From positions 25,449 through 89,448 of the forward strand of contig JBHLOI010000009.1 of assembly GCA_048940645.1 (NCBI GenBank): 64,000 nt of DNA, read 5' to 3'. The position numbers and the translations under genes were made by a program. This document shows positions 39,201 to 48,499 of the stretch, piece by piece. Source of the stretch: Promethearchaeota archaeon. GTDB lineage: Archaea > Asgardarchaeota > Lokiarchaeia > Sigyniarchaeales > SOKP01. Below the pieces are notes generated by a model. It was not told the origin of the DNA. It ran no database searches and worked only from the letters and a program-made list of their open reading frames with translations. How positions within the stretch are numbered: position 1 is the first letter of the stretch; every line of letters begins with the position of its first letter.

Positions 39201-40309
39201 GTTCTAAGATTAAATTGAGTTCTGACTATAGTATCATTTGCCTCATATAAGGAAATATTTAACTCAGTACTAGCGGCTAAACTAACATTTAATGTACGCA
39301 CCCAAGCATAAAATCCATTTACTGTTGATTGTTTACCCTTTAAGTCAAATTCTAAAGCAACATAGTTATTATTGGTAATATCCAAATCAAATGCATAAAT
39401 AGCAGAGATATCGAGTTCAGCTAGATAAACAATATACTCCTCCACAGTTGATCTTTCGAAATAAAATTGTAAATAATTAACCTCTGAGAGATCTATGAAA
39501 TCTAAATTTTCATTTATGATTTTCTCCTCGAAATCTTGAAGACCTAAACTGCTATTAATGAATATTGGTTTTGTTACATTCTTCCAACTTGAATCTGAGA
39601 TATCATACACTTTTAATGTTAAGTGTGTATTTAATGTGGATCTTAAAGTAAATGAATTAATAAATCCTAAAATGAATGTCCTATTGAAATCCAAATATAT
39701 TGAAGGACTTCCGCTTAAAAATGATGTTCCTGTAAAATTAACTGCCACAGTAAAATTTACTACTCCACTTGACGCATTAAATTGAATATCAGTTGAGGGA
39801 TTATCATCGATTAATTTATTAAGATCTAAAGAATTAAGATTGTTTCCCGTATTTAGTGTTATTTTAGAGGTATCTTCATCATATTCGAATTTAATAAAAT
39901 TTCTTGCATCCAAAGCATTAGTATTTTCAAGAGTATAATCGGTTGTATAATTGTTCTGAAAGGTAAAGTTAAAATTTCCATATGAAAGATATGCTGTATC
40001 TGTATCAGATAATGATGGAATTTCAAAATATTGCTCATTATCAATAGTAAAGGAATTATTTATCGCATATATTCTTGCATCTTGAGGATCTCCTGATCCT
40101 GTTATGTAATAATCTGATAAATAACCATCTGAGCTAGAAGGTAAATCTTCTTCTTGATTATAAATTATATTATTTTGGTTAGATCTATCATTATAAAGAT
40201 TATTTGGATAAACTTGAATACTTGTTAAAATTATTAAAAAAATGAATAAACTTACAAAAAATATTCTTTTCAATTTCTTATTTCGATGTATCAATAAAAA
40301 CAACCGCAT
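36215..40309 (-). CDS. Large secreted/surface glycoprotein with Ig-like domains and a C-terminal TM anchor
   Basis: N-terminal signal/TM, beta-rich body with many N-x-S/T sequons, NTGD CARDB-like unit, C-terminal TM and Lys/Arg-rich tail. Confidence 0.8.
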   Translation of the reverse strand: MRLFLLIHRNKKLKRIFFVSLFIFLIILTSIQVYPNNLYNDRSNQNNIIYNQEEDLPSSSDGYLSDYYITGSGDPQDARIYAINNSFTIDNEQYFEIPSLSDTDTAYLSYGNFNFTFQNNYTTDYTLENTNALDARNFIKFEYDEDTSKITLNTGNNLNSLDLNKLIDDNPSTDIQFNASSGVVNFTVAVNFTGTSFLSGSPSIYLDFNRTFILGFINSFTLRSTLNTHLTLKVYDISDSSWKNVTKPIFINSSLGLQDFEEKIINENLDFIDLSEVNYLQFYFERSTVEEYIVYLAELDISAIYAFDLDITNNNYVALEFDLKGKQSTVNGFYAWVRTLNVSLAASTELNISLYEANDTIVRTQFNLRTNNIKPNYNRMIDSIAISGYNEDNLTYFKFNRANTLNLKLYNYFIVIKSNRPEKVYSLVTIPRFTFGDPNNNVDHQLRVSDNGIVWNIARKTVPSLFPYISERLDASSFRINVTRGYMPSDFWNSEDDNLNIQNITIEDQVDSSAPYNVSSYLTWGLGQWKNDFTVPISAIPPNNFRVDLNWNKTITNGFKFNVTYSVKAYWIESTTTLYNVSYDLPPEWTLSFDLSLIHSNFDDWNFLEFWFIYPSAYDAHNLTNPIGDELYYKTEGESDDIYKLGYDKTIVNKTLVNANSGTYTIELTSPNLIYEMHSFINYGGIFWETNGFMFGDDMTASVDIQNINGNPPQDGDANVILFYPEIPGGEYPGGERDDLTGIIKGDVLRYDFNNDTLLQIRNTLNYFGNYYLGFFWTNGSAIGCKKLKLYIDTYNVEMDDCVYYPTLNQNILNGTVDEVYTDYSILIGTVNVTDRPNYYPVQNYNINQVFNFEIGNIEIPIKLNSFLQNETILNPDEQIRVNVSLQNMFELSDVDVKVKAQLVSLAKEDWIIDEATSSYKTLKLKGYPLGQDTQEFVLDLTIPHLENDGIWQGINAPVRKGGVMTKLTIIIKYGNEDVELGLYRSENYALIVNSTQNDFEGYLLALKYNREITGANILKPFEREECIYLPNQTTFVVNIFDENYVSSYNDFIASFTLKENSKFSNITVNPITPIRGQTFNLSAFLTTEFGEAIPFKNVTLQYFGDSSWEQISSQFSSNEGNINFEIDTLTLNEEDQLIFRLTWSGDIYTLSNSQNVTVVLYREINDLTLSIRKDTPLLFRNRKATISINILNTGDSQLSIPASNISIITQPTLPSRIVGINYLELNRLRPNESTMIIVEIDVPAMNQIIFNVSIDAHNILTGENLTFLASATFEVFDIPLMDYINSLLTFIIISVIVLFWIIMYTIMRKLIKRIETPVEEPKKKKRKRGRYVKVTDIKKKEKTEKTDLDSLLEEKGLKEKKKN

Positions 40310-40465
40310 ATCTCAAATTTTTTAGTTATAAAATAATTTAAAAATATTAAAATTTGCCAATTTTTTTTAACTTTATTACCTAATATTGCAAAATGACTTA
40401 ATATTATAAAATGTTTAAATTTCTTTTTATTCTAAAAATATTAATAAACAAAATTAAGAGTAAAA

Positions 40466-41818
40466 ATGACAGAGGATTTAATTTTAAATGAAATTGAAAA
40501 AAATAAAGAAGAGTATATAAATTTTTTAAGAGAAATAATACAAACGGATTCGTATAATCCTCCTGGAAACGAAAAAAATGTTGCAATAAAGATTCAAGAT
40601 TATTTAAAATCCAATGGAATAAAATCCGAGATTTTTCCGTTTGGTGAAAATAGAGCGAATTTAATTGCTTATCTTAATGATAATTTTCAAGGCAAAAATC
40701 TTTTATATAATGGACATATGGATGTTGTACCTCCTGGTTCTGAAGAGGAGTGGAAATATCCTCCGCTATCTGCATTTGTGAAAAGAAATAAATACCTTTT
40801 TGGAAGAGGAGCTACAGACATGAAAAGCGGATTAGCTGCGATGGTTATTGCTTTAAAAATCCTAAAGAACTTGAATATTAATATTTCAGGAAATTTAATA
40901 TTAAATGCAGTAGCAGATGAAGAAACTGGTGGAAATTTTGGAACTAAATGGTGCTTAGAAAATAAATTAACTCACTTTAAAATTGATTTTACTGTTATAG
41001 GAGAACCTACAGGACTAGATCCCCTACCTAAATCTATTATGTTGGGGGAAAAAGGAAGAGTGGTTGTAAAAATAGTTACACATGGTATTTCTACTCATGC
41101 TTCATGGCCATTTATGGGTAAAAATGCTATTTATATGATGAGTGAAATTATTGAAAAATTAGAGAAATTAGATGAATATATACCACGTATTAAGCCTCCT
41201 TTTAGTATTAACCAACTAAAAAAGTTATTGAGTAATGCCTTTCCTAACGAGGAAATATTTGAAAAGATCTTAGTTGAACAACCTATGCTTCAGAGTATTT
41301 TAAAAGCTCTAACTAATTTTACAAAAAGTTTGACAGTTATACATGGTGGTATTAAGGATAATGTAATCCCAGATAAATGTGAGGCATTTATTGATATGAG
41401 ACTATTACCTGGTCAAAAAGTTGAAAGTATTATTAATGGTTTAAAACGATTGATTAAAGAGGATTTAGGATATGAAATTGCTAATGATTCAAAAAGTAAG
41501 TCTAATGATATTTTTGTGGGTATAGAAATAATTCAACAATCAGAAGGTTCTTTTTGGAAAGATTGGGAAAATAATCAAACATTAGAAGCCTTAAAAAGTA
41601 TTATTGAGGAAATTTATAAGAAAAAGTCATTTTATTTTATATACCCTGCGAGTCAAGATGCTCAATTTATTAGAAATGGAGGCTATTGTCCAGCGACTAT
41701 TTCATTTGGTCCAGGAAGCGGATCATCAGCACATGCAGCTAATGAGTTTGTAGAAATTAAGGACTTCTTAAATTCTATAAAAGTGTACGCTTTGTTTGCG
41801 TATAAATTTATAAAATAA
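40466..41818 (+). CDS. M20 metallo-hydrolase (ArgE/DapE family)
   Basis: GHMDVVP, GRGATDMK, DEE, GEP, AH-x2-NE. Confidence 0.92.
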   Translation: MTEDLILNEIEKNKEEYINFLREIIQTDSYNPPGNEKNVAIKIQDYLKSNGIKSEIFPFGENRANLIAYLNDNFQGKNLLYNGHMDVVPPGSEEEWKYPPLSAFVKRNKYLFGRGATDMKSGLAAMVIALKILKNLNINISGNLILNAVADEETGGNFGTKWCLENKLTHFKIDFTVIGEPTGLDPLPKSIMLGEKGRVVVKIVTHGISTHASWPFMGKNAIYMMSEIIEKLEKLDEYIPRIKPPFSINQLKKLLSNAFPNEEIFEKILVEQPMLQSILKALTNFTKSLTVIHGGIKDNVIPDKCEAFIDMRLLPGQKVESIINGLKRLIKEDLGYEIANDSKSKSNDIFVGIEIIQQSEGSFWKDWENNQTLEALKSIIEEIYKKKSFYFIYPASQDAQFIRNGGYCPATISFGPGSGSSAHAANEFVEIKDFLNSIKVYALFAYKFIK

Positions 41819-41895
41819 GAGGTTTATATGGAAATTTAATATAATTTAATTACTTTGATATAAGTAGGATTAATCATTTAGAAAATAAGAGAACG

Positions 41896-43074
41896 TTGCA
41901 AGATTTCAAAATAGAAGATTCAATTATTCTAATTGACAGTTCAAGATCAATGCTAAGAAGAGACTTTAAACCTAATCGTTTAAATGTAGCATTAAATGCG
42001 GTCACCAATTTTATTCAAGCAAAATTCACCATAGATCCTAAAGATAGAATCGCAATTGTTTGCTTTGGGGATAACACCAAAAGATTATCTCTATTTACAT
42101 ATGATGAGAAGAAATTAGTCGAGTCATTGAAAAAAATTCAAATTTCTGGGAAAGGGATCCTACATGATGGTCTTGCTTTTTCACTTCAACTATTAGTTGC
42201 AGAAATGAGGAAAATAGGGGGTAAAACATATAGAATTTTTATAATTTCAGATAATAAAATACAATACTCTGAAAAAATACTTAAAATTGTGGAGATCGCT
42301 AAAGGATTAGGTGTTTATATTGATTCCTGTCAATTAGGAAAGTCTGATGATTACTCAAAAAGTATCTTGAAAAAAATCGCGAAAATAACTGGTGGACAAT
42401 ATGGATTCTTTAATAATTCTAAGGGATTAGCAAACGCAGGAAGATCATACGCCTCAAAAAAAGAATTTAAGGAGTCAATAGATTATTTTTCACCAAATAA
42501 AGAAAAAAATTTAACTCCCCTATTAAGTGAAATAGCATTATCTCTACGAAGACCTACATTTTTAGATATTAGATTAATGATGAATAATAAGGATCAAATC
42601 GGAGAAAAATGTCAAATTTGTCATTCAATTAAATCACCAATAACTAAGGGGGATTTCTACTCCGAAGGCCGATATTGCCCCTCATGTGATCGCCCAATGC
42701 ACTTGTCTTGCGCAGCAATGTGGGCAAAAAAAACAGAAGAAAAAGAAAATATATTTCGATGTCCTTTCTGTTTCTTCCTTTTAGAATTACCTAAATCCAC
42801 TTCAAAATTAATTGAAGAAAAAGAGGAAAGTGCACCAAAAATAAAATTAATTGATGAAGGAGAATTAAAAACAACAAAAATGAATTTAATGCCTGATGGT
42901 CTTATTCGTCAAATAAATTCGTCATGTTCTTATTGTTATAGTATATTTCTGGGAGATTATAAAGTATATAAATGTGAAAAATGTGGTTCATATTATCATG
43001 AACCATGCTTAGAAAAAATGTATAACGAAATCAAAGGATGTAGAAACTGTGGAGCACAGATTATAAAAGAATAA
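41896..43074 (+). CDS. vWA domain (Rpn10/Ssl1-like) plus two C4HC3 RING-variant zinc fingers
   Basis: IDSSRSM-x3-DFKPNR; CQIC..CPSC-x4-H-x2-C-x3-W..CPFC; CSYC..CEKC-x4-H-x2-C..CRNC. Confidence 0.85.
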   Translation: MQDFKIEDSIILIDSSRSMLRRDFKPNRLNVALNAVTNFIQAKFTIDPKDRIAIVCFGDNTKRLSLFTYDEKKLVESLKKIQISGKGILHDGLAFSLQLLVAEMRKIGGKTYRIFIISDNKIQYSEKILKIVEIAKGLGVYIDSCQLGKSDDYSKSILKKIAKITGGQYGFFNNSKGLANAGRSYASKKEFKESIDYFSPNKEKNLTPLLSEIALSLRRPTFLDIRLMMNNKDQIGEKCQICHSIKSPITKGDFYSEGRYCPSCDRPMHLSCAAMWAKKTEEKENIFRCPFCFFLLELPKSTSKLIEEKEESAPKIKLIDEGELKTTKMNLMPDGLIRQINSSCSYCYSIFLGDYKVYKCEKCGSYYHEPCLEKMYNEIKGCRNCGAQIIKE

Positions 43075-43178
43075 TCAATTTATTTAGAAAAAGCTTCGTA
43101 TGAAAGATTATCTTTTTATTAAAAGTATTTAAGATAATGTTCTTTTTATAATAAAAAGAAAGAAAGGTGATAATTTAC

Positions 43179-45227
43179 TTGTCACAGGCAAAGAAAACTA
43201 AATGGGTAATAACTTCTGCTTGGCCTTATGCGTCTGGACCACCTCATCTTGGAAACTTAATTGGAAGTACATTATCTGCGGATGTATTTGCAAGATTTCT
43301 TAGAATGAAGGGAGATGAAGTAGTATTTGTATCAGGATCAGACTCTCATGGTACACCTGTCGCAGTGGAAGCCAAAAAGCAGGGAATATCAGCTGAAAAA
43401 TTAGCATTGAAAAATCATGAAATAATAAAAGAATTGCATAAAAAGTGGAAAATTTCGCATGATAACTATACTATTACGCATAATCCTACACATATTGAAT
43501 TTGTACAAAATTTTTATTTAGACATTCAAAAAAATGGGTATATATTTGAAAGAGAAATTAAGTCCTTTTATTGTGAAAATGATCGTTTTTTCCTTCCAGA
43601 TAGGTTCATAGAAGGAATTTGCCCTCACTGTGGAGCTGAAAAAGCTAGAGGTGATCAATGTGATAGTTGTCAAAAATTATTAACTCCTCTCGAATTAAAG
43701 AATCCGTATTGCACTATTTGTGGGAACACGCCAGTAGTTCGTAAAACTAAACACTGGTATTTAGATTTTCCTAAACTTCAAAATCAGCTGAAACAATTAA
43801 TAGAAGAGAATAAAATAATTCCACCTAATGCTCGACAAATGTGTTTAAATAGCATTGCAGAAGGATTACCTGAACGATCGATAACGAGAGATTTGGAATG
43901 GGGAATTCCTGCTAAATTTAAGGGTGCGGAAGAAAAAACAATTTATGTCTGGTTTGAGGCAGTTTTAGGTTACGTATCTGCCGTTAAAGAATGGGCAGAA
44001 AAAATTATTAATCAACCAGAAAAGTTTGATTATTTCTGGAAAGATCCCAATACAAAAACAGTATATTTTATCGGTAAAGATAATATTATTTTCCATTTAA
44101 TTGTATTTCCAGGATTATTGATTGCTTATAATGCAGACAAAAAGGATGAAGATAAATTGGTTCTTCCTTATAACGTATCATCAACAGAATGGTTAATGTA
44201 TGAAAATGATAAATTTTCAAAATCCCGAGGAGTTGGAATTTGGATAGATGAAGCTTTAGAACTTGCTCCTCTTGATTTTTGGCGTTTTAATTTACTTTAT
44301 AATCGTCCAGAAACAAGCGATACTTCATTCTTATGGTCTGAATTTGATAATAATATTAAAACTTTAAACGATAATATAGGAAACTTTATCCATAGAACCC
44401 TAACCTTCATTGATAGACAATTTAACAAAACTATTCCAGATAAATTAAAATATGATGATATTGATAAAAAATTCATAGAAAAAATAAATTCAATTGGTAA
44501 AGATGTTAGCGAAAGCTTAGAAAATTTTAGATTAAGGAAAGCATTACGAGATATAGTAAGTTTTGGAAAAGAAGGAAATGTATATTTGAATGATAAAGCT
44601 CCTTGGCATTTAATCAGACAAGATAAAAAAGCAGCAGGACATGTATTTAATATTTGTGCTCAAGCAGTATATGCATTAGCAATTCTATTAAGCCCATTTA
44701 TACCTGATACTTCAGAAAAAGTCTTGTCATATTTAAACACACCAGAATTAAAAAACATTTCTTGGGAAAGTATAAACGAAAATTCTATTAAATCTGGAAC
44801 CAAAATAAGAAAACCTGAGCCCATTTTTCAAAAAGTAGAGATTGAAAAAATAAAAAGTGATTTAAATCAAATAAGAGAAATGAAACTAAAAGGAGGTAAA
44901 AAAGAATTGATATCGTATGATTATTTTAAGAAATTAGATATTAGAGTTGCAAAAGTAGAATCGGTTGAAAAAGTTCCTAAAGCAGATAAATTATATAAAA
45001 TAAATATTGACTTAGGGACAGAAAAAAGAACACTCGTAGCAGGATTAGCTGAACATTATAAGGTAGAAGATTTAATTAATAAGAAAATAGTAGTATTAAC
45101 AAATTTAGAGCCTAGAAAATTACGGGGTATTCAAAGTGAAGGAATGTTGCTTGCAGCAGTTGAGGGAGAAAATGTATCATTATTAATACCTGATAAAGAA
45201 ATCTCATTAGGTGCTAAAATAGAATAA
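43179..45227 (+). CDS. metG: Methionyl-tRNA synthetase with C-terminal tRNA-binding domain
   Basis: HLGN, Zn knuckles, YVWFEA, IGKDN, KFSKS, Trbp111 domain (SEGMLL). GGTGA RBS favours TTG 43179 over the track's GTG 43167. Confidence 0.97.
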   Translation: MSQAKKTKWVITSAWPYASGPPHLGNLIGSTLSADVFARFLRMKGDEVVFVSGSDSHGTPVAVEAKKQGISAEKLALKNHEIIKELHKKWKISHDNYTITHNPTHIEFVQNFYLDIQKNGYIFEREIKSFYCENDRFFLPDRFIEGICPHCGAEKARGDQCDSCQKLLTPLELKNPYCTICGNTPVVRKTKHWYLDFPKLQNQLKQLIEENKIIPPNARQMCLNSIAEGLPERSITRDLEWGIPAKFKGAEEKTIYVWFEAVLGYVSAVKEWAEKIINQPEKFDYFWKDPNTKTVYFIGKDNIIFHLIVFPGLLIAYNADKKDEDKLVLPYNVSSTEWLMYENDKFSKSRGVGIWIDEALELAPLDFWRFNLLYNRPETSDTSFLWSEFDNNIKTLNDNIGNFIHRTLTFIDRQFNKTIPDKLKYDDIDKKFIEKINSIGKDVSESLENFRLRKALRDIVSFGKEGNVYLNDKAPWHLIRQDKKAAGHVFNICAQAVYALAILLSPFIPDTSEKVLSYLNTPELKNISWESINENSIKSGTKIRKPEPIFQKVEIEKIKSDLNQIREMKLKGGKKELISYDYFKKLDIRVAKVESVEKVPKADKLYKINIDLGTEKRTLVAGLAEHYKVEDLINKKIVVLTNLEPRKLRGIQSEGMLLAAVEGENVSLLIPDKEISLGAKIE

Positions 45228-45238
45228 ATAAAATCAAA

Positions 45239-46483
45239 TTATAATTTTAAAGAAAACACAGGATTCAAACGAGCTATAATTTCACCTAATTCTAACTGTA
45301 AAATTTTTAGGATAACATCTCTTCCTCTATATTCAAATTGTAATTCTTTCACATGCCTAACTATTTTCAATTTATTTGTATCTTTTATCAATTCACATAC
45401 AAAATATCGTTGGTCTTTATATTCTAAAACTCTTAATACTTTATTTATATCTGGTAAACTATAACCCCCACCGTGAGCCAGAATATGTGAGTTTCTCAGT
45501 AACTCTAAAAGTTCCAGCTCTTCTGCTCGTTTTATGAAATTATTATTCTTTAATGTTACCTCCGAAAAGTTTTTCTTACCTGTAAATAAATAACATGCCA
45601 TATCAGCCCTTAGAGCTGTAGGAAATATATTTGAATTGATAAAATTACAATTAATATCGGTACAATTAGTACCAAGATACATATTATTGTAATCTTTAAG
45701 GAATTGATGAGGTTGATTACAAATTACTTGATAGTTGCTATTAAATAAATGATTAGCAATAATTTCTCTTTTTAAATTTGAAAATTTTAAAGCTTTTTCA
45801 TTAAATTTTAAATATTGATCAGCATCTGAATCAAGTAAAATATATTGATTACCAAAAATTGTATTTTCTTCTGTTGCAAGTTCTTTTAATGTATTGGAAT
45901 TGTCAACATATAAGCCAATTCCATATTTATCATCTCGAAATTCGGGGGCAGAACCATGGATAAAAAACGTGTATGGGGGTAAGTTTATATCTGATAAATT
46001 TTTTGTTTCAAAACAATTAATAAAATGATTTGATATCCCATAATCCCAATTAATCAAAATATTTTTATGATATAATTCGGTTGATTTAATTTCATCAATA
46101 TTTTTAATAAGATCATATGGATCGGGTAATTCATTTAATCCTCCACATAAAATTCCGCAGCAATTTGGTTTAACATTTAGGAAAATGATTTTTTCATTTC
46201 CAGAACCCCAATTTAATCTGCCACCATATCCTAATCCAGAATTCCATCTGAAATTGTTTCGTGAAATTGTTTCATCGGGAGATGAAATAAATGTTGCTTT
46301 AGGTTCGAATCCATATTTTTGCTGAATGAGATGAAATTGAGCAAGTCCATATTTCATATTTGCTCTACATAATTTAGAAGCTCCATCATTTAATCCTGTT
46401 GAAAAAATAAATTCTTCTGATCGTTCTAGTAATTCCGCTTTATTTAGCTGAGATAAATCCTGAGAAATACTAAAAGTCGCCAT
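45239..46483 (-). CDS. Divergent RtcB-like protein
   Basis: Ordered RtcB-type motifs: PD, NCCG, GISNHF, IHGS, PHQ, AHGGG. Confidence 0.65.
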   Translation of the reverse strand: MATFSISQDLSQLNKAELLERSEEFIFSTGLNDGASKLCRANMKYGLAQFHLIQQKYGFEPKATFISSPDETISRNNFRWNSGLGYGGRLNWGSGNEKIIFLNVKPNCCGILCGGLNELPDPYDLIKNIDEIKSTELYHKNILINWDYGISNHFINCFETKNLSDINLPPYTFFIHGSAPEFRDDKYGIGLYVDNSNTLKELATEENTIFGNQYILLDSDADQYLKFNEKALKFSNLKREIIANHLFNSNYQVICNQPHQFLKDYNNMYLGTNCTDINCNFINSNIFPTALRADMACYLFTGKKNFSEVTLKNNNFIKRAEELELLELLRNSHILAHGGGYSLPDINKVLRVLEYKDQRYFVCELIKDTNKLKIVRHVKELQFEYRGRDVILKILQLELGEIIARLNPVFSLKL

Positions 46484-46608
46484 ATAATGGAAAATTTAAT
46501 TCTTATTAAACCTAATATTAATTAATGACTACTTTGATATATAATATTAATGCATAAACAATGAAAATTAAATGAAACACCTTAAGAAACATTGATAATA
46601 AAAGCATT

Positions 46609-47241
46609 ATGAATAGTGTAAGTAGTCATATCCTTTATGATTCTTTGAAAAGAATTAAAATAGAAGGAGATTTCAATGGTTCAATTATTACTAAATGTAA
46701 TGATGACCCTAATTCGATTATTTTCTCAGATAACATGAAAATCTCATATTCTGAAGGGATATTTATATCGAAAGGGTTAAAGGTGGGTTTTGAAAAGAGT
46801 TATAAGAAAAAATCTGCATTTTGTAAGGTCTTAGATTTTCATTGGGATGAAAATTTATCGAGAATTGAATATTCCGTATTAGTCCCCGATGATATAATGC
46901 AACTCTATTCTGAGGGGCAATTTTCAGATGCGTTTCCTTTCACCTTGAATCTTCTCCACACAGCAGGACTCTTTTTAGATGACTATGAGCTTGGAATTAA
47001 CCATTTGGAATTTTTTAAAGGGGAAATCCTTAAAAATCCTGTTTCTCTTATAATGAATGGAGTTCTAGTTGCAGACAGAGTTGTTATTAATCATAGAGGG
47101 GATCCTGTATTTTACGATTGTCTAATTATTGGAAGGGATGAAAAGGATGATTTAAATATAAGCTATGAACCGCTGACTAACGTCGATGATAAGGTTGTAA
47201 AATATATTATCATTCTGGGTATTGAAGAATTGAAAATTTAA
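46609..47241 (+). CDS. Hypothetical protein
   Basis: 210-aa ORF, probably co-transcribed with the downstream ATPase; no motif recognised. Confidence 0.7.
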   Translation: MNSVSSHILYDSLKRIKIEGDFNGSIITKCNDDPNSIIFSDNMKISYSEGIFISKGLKVGFEKSYKKKSAFCKVLDFHWDENLSRIEYSVLVPDDIMQLYSEGQFSDAFPFTLNLLHTAGLFLDDYELGINHLEFFKGEILKNPVSLIMNGVLVADRVVINHRGDPVFYDCLIIGRDEKDDLNISYEPLTNVDDKVVKYIIILGIEELKI

Positions 47242-47254
47242 GAGTAGGGAGAGA

Positions 47255-48496
47255 ATGTTATTATTTGAAAATCAAAAGGAAGTTTTCCTCAATTTTTTAA
47301 AAACGGGAATTAATCCTTTTGAGAAATTTGTGAGCACCGGTGAGATTAAAGAGGACTTAGGATTAGCAAAATCAAGAATAGATTTATTAGAGTCAATAGT
47401 AAGAATTGTAGAGGATCATGAGAATTTTATACTTCCGATTATTGGAAAAGTAGGAATTGGAAAAACACATCTATATTGGGCATTGAAAAATAGACTGTAC
47501 TATTTTAATACAGTCCATCTTTCGCTTGAAAAAGTTTATAAGAAGTTTTTTTATAACATATATTCAGAGTTTATTGAAACAATTGGGTTAGAACCATTAA
47601 GAAACATAATTAATCAGCTTTGTAATGATTGGGGTGCCTTAGAGAGAAAATACGGCTTTTTTCATGTCGCTAAAATTGAAACTGTCAAAAGTAACGCATT
47701 TAAAAAACTATTAAATAAATTTCAAGAAGGTGAAAAAGTAGCCTTAATTGACGTAATTACAGGTATAACAACTCACCAATTAGATCCCTACAAAAAAATT
47801 GAAGCAGAAAGGTGGTTATTGGGTGAACTGATGAATATTAAGGAATTATCAAGACTTAATCTCATGAATGATCTCAGAAAAAGTAAATATGCTTTTATTA
47901 TGTTAAAGTTACTTATCGAAAATTCAAAATTGGGAACAATTTTTTTTATTGATGATTTTGAGAAAATTATTTCCATTCCAAATCTAATTGAAGAAGATGA
48001 TGAGGAAGGTGAGGTGTTTGATCGAAGTTGGCTTTATGGTAAAAAACCAATACCTAATGAATCGGCTACTAAAAAAGTACTAGAAAAAATACTTAAATTA
48101 CAAAGAATTGAGGATTTACGTATTGTTGTTGTATTAAGAGCCGATAATTCTTTAGAACAATTAAAGAGAAAAATGAGTAGATTGAAAGAACCATTAAAAT
48201 TAGAAGTTTTAGAACCACTGTATCTTGAAACTTTCATCGAAGAGGATATATATGAGTTTTATTTAAAAAATATGGAAAAATACCTTCAAAATTTTAAATA
48301 TTCAACATTTTATGAAGATTATCCTAATTCTTACTTTCCCTTAAACAAAAAAATATTAAGTAGCATCTTCCATAAAGCTAAGGGTAACCCAAGAGAAATT
48401 ACAAAACAATTAATAGAATTGTTTAATAAAATCGTATTTTCTCATGAGAACTTAGAAATTTTATTAAAAAATTATGAGAAATCAAATCAAGATTGA
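47255..48496 (+). CDS. P-loop AAA+-like ATPase (BrxD/DUF2791-like helical insert)
   Basis: NPF, Walker A GKVGIGKT, 'A-x-RWL-x-G' insert, Walker B FFIDDFE, GNPR. Confidence 0.75.
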   Translation: MLLFENQKEVFLNFLKTGINPFEKFVSTGEIKEDLGLAKSRIDLLESIVRIVEDHENFILPIIGKVGIGKTHLYWALKNRLYYFNTVHLSLEKVYKKFFYNIYSEFIETIGLEPLRNIINQLCNDWGALERKYGFFHVAKIETVKSNAFKKLLNKFQEGEKVALIDVITGITTHQLDPYKKIEAERWLLGELMNIKELSRLNLMNDLRKSKYAFIMLKLLIENSKLGTIFFIDDFEKIISIPNLIEEDDEEGEVFDRSWLYGKKPIPNESATKKVLEKILKLQRIEDLRIVVVLRADNSLEQLKRKMSRLKEPLKLEVLEPLYLETFIEEDIYEFYLKNMEKYLQNFKYSTFYEDYPNSYFPLNKKILSSIFHKAKGNPREITKQLIELFNKIVFSHENLEILLKNYEKSNQD

Positions 48497-48499
48497 AAT

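Noticed and set aside
47255-48496. BREX system or Cdc6/Orc1 origin locus
   Set aside because: No pglX/pglZ/brxC neighbours, no C-terminal wHTH and no ORB-like repeats seen.
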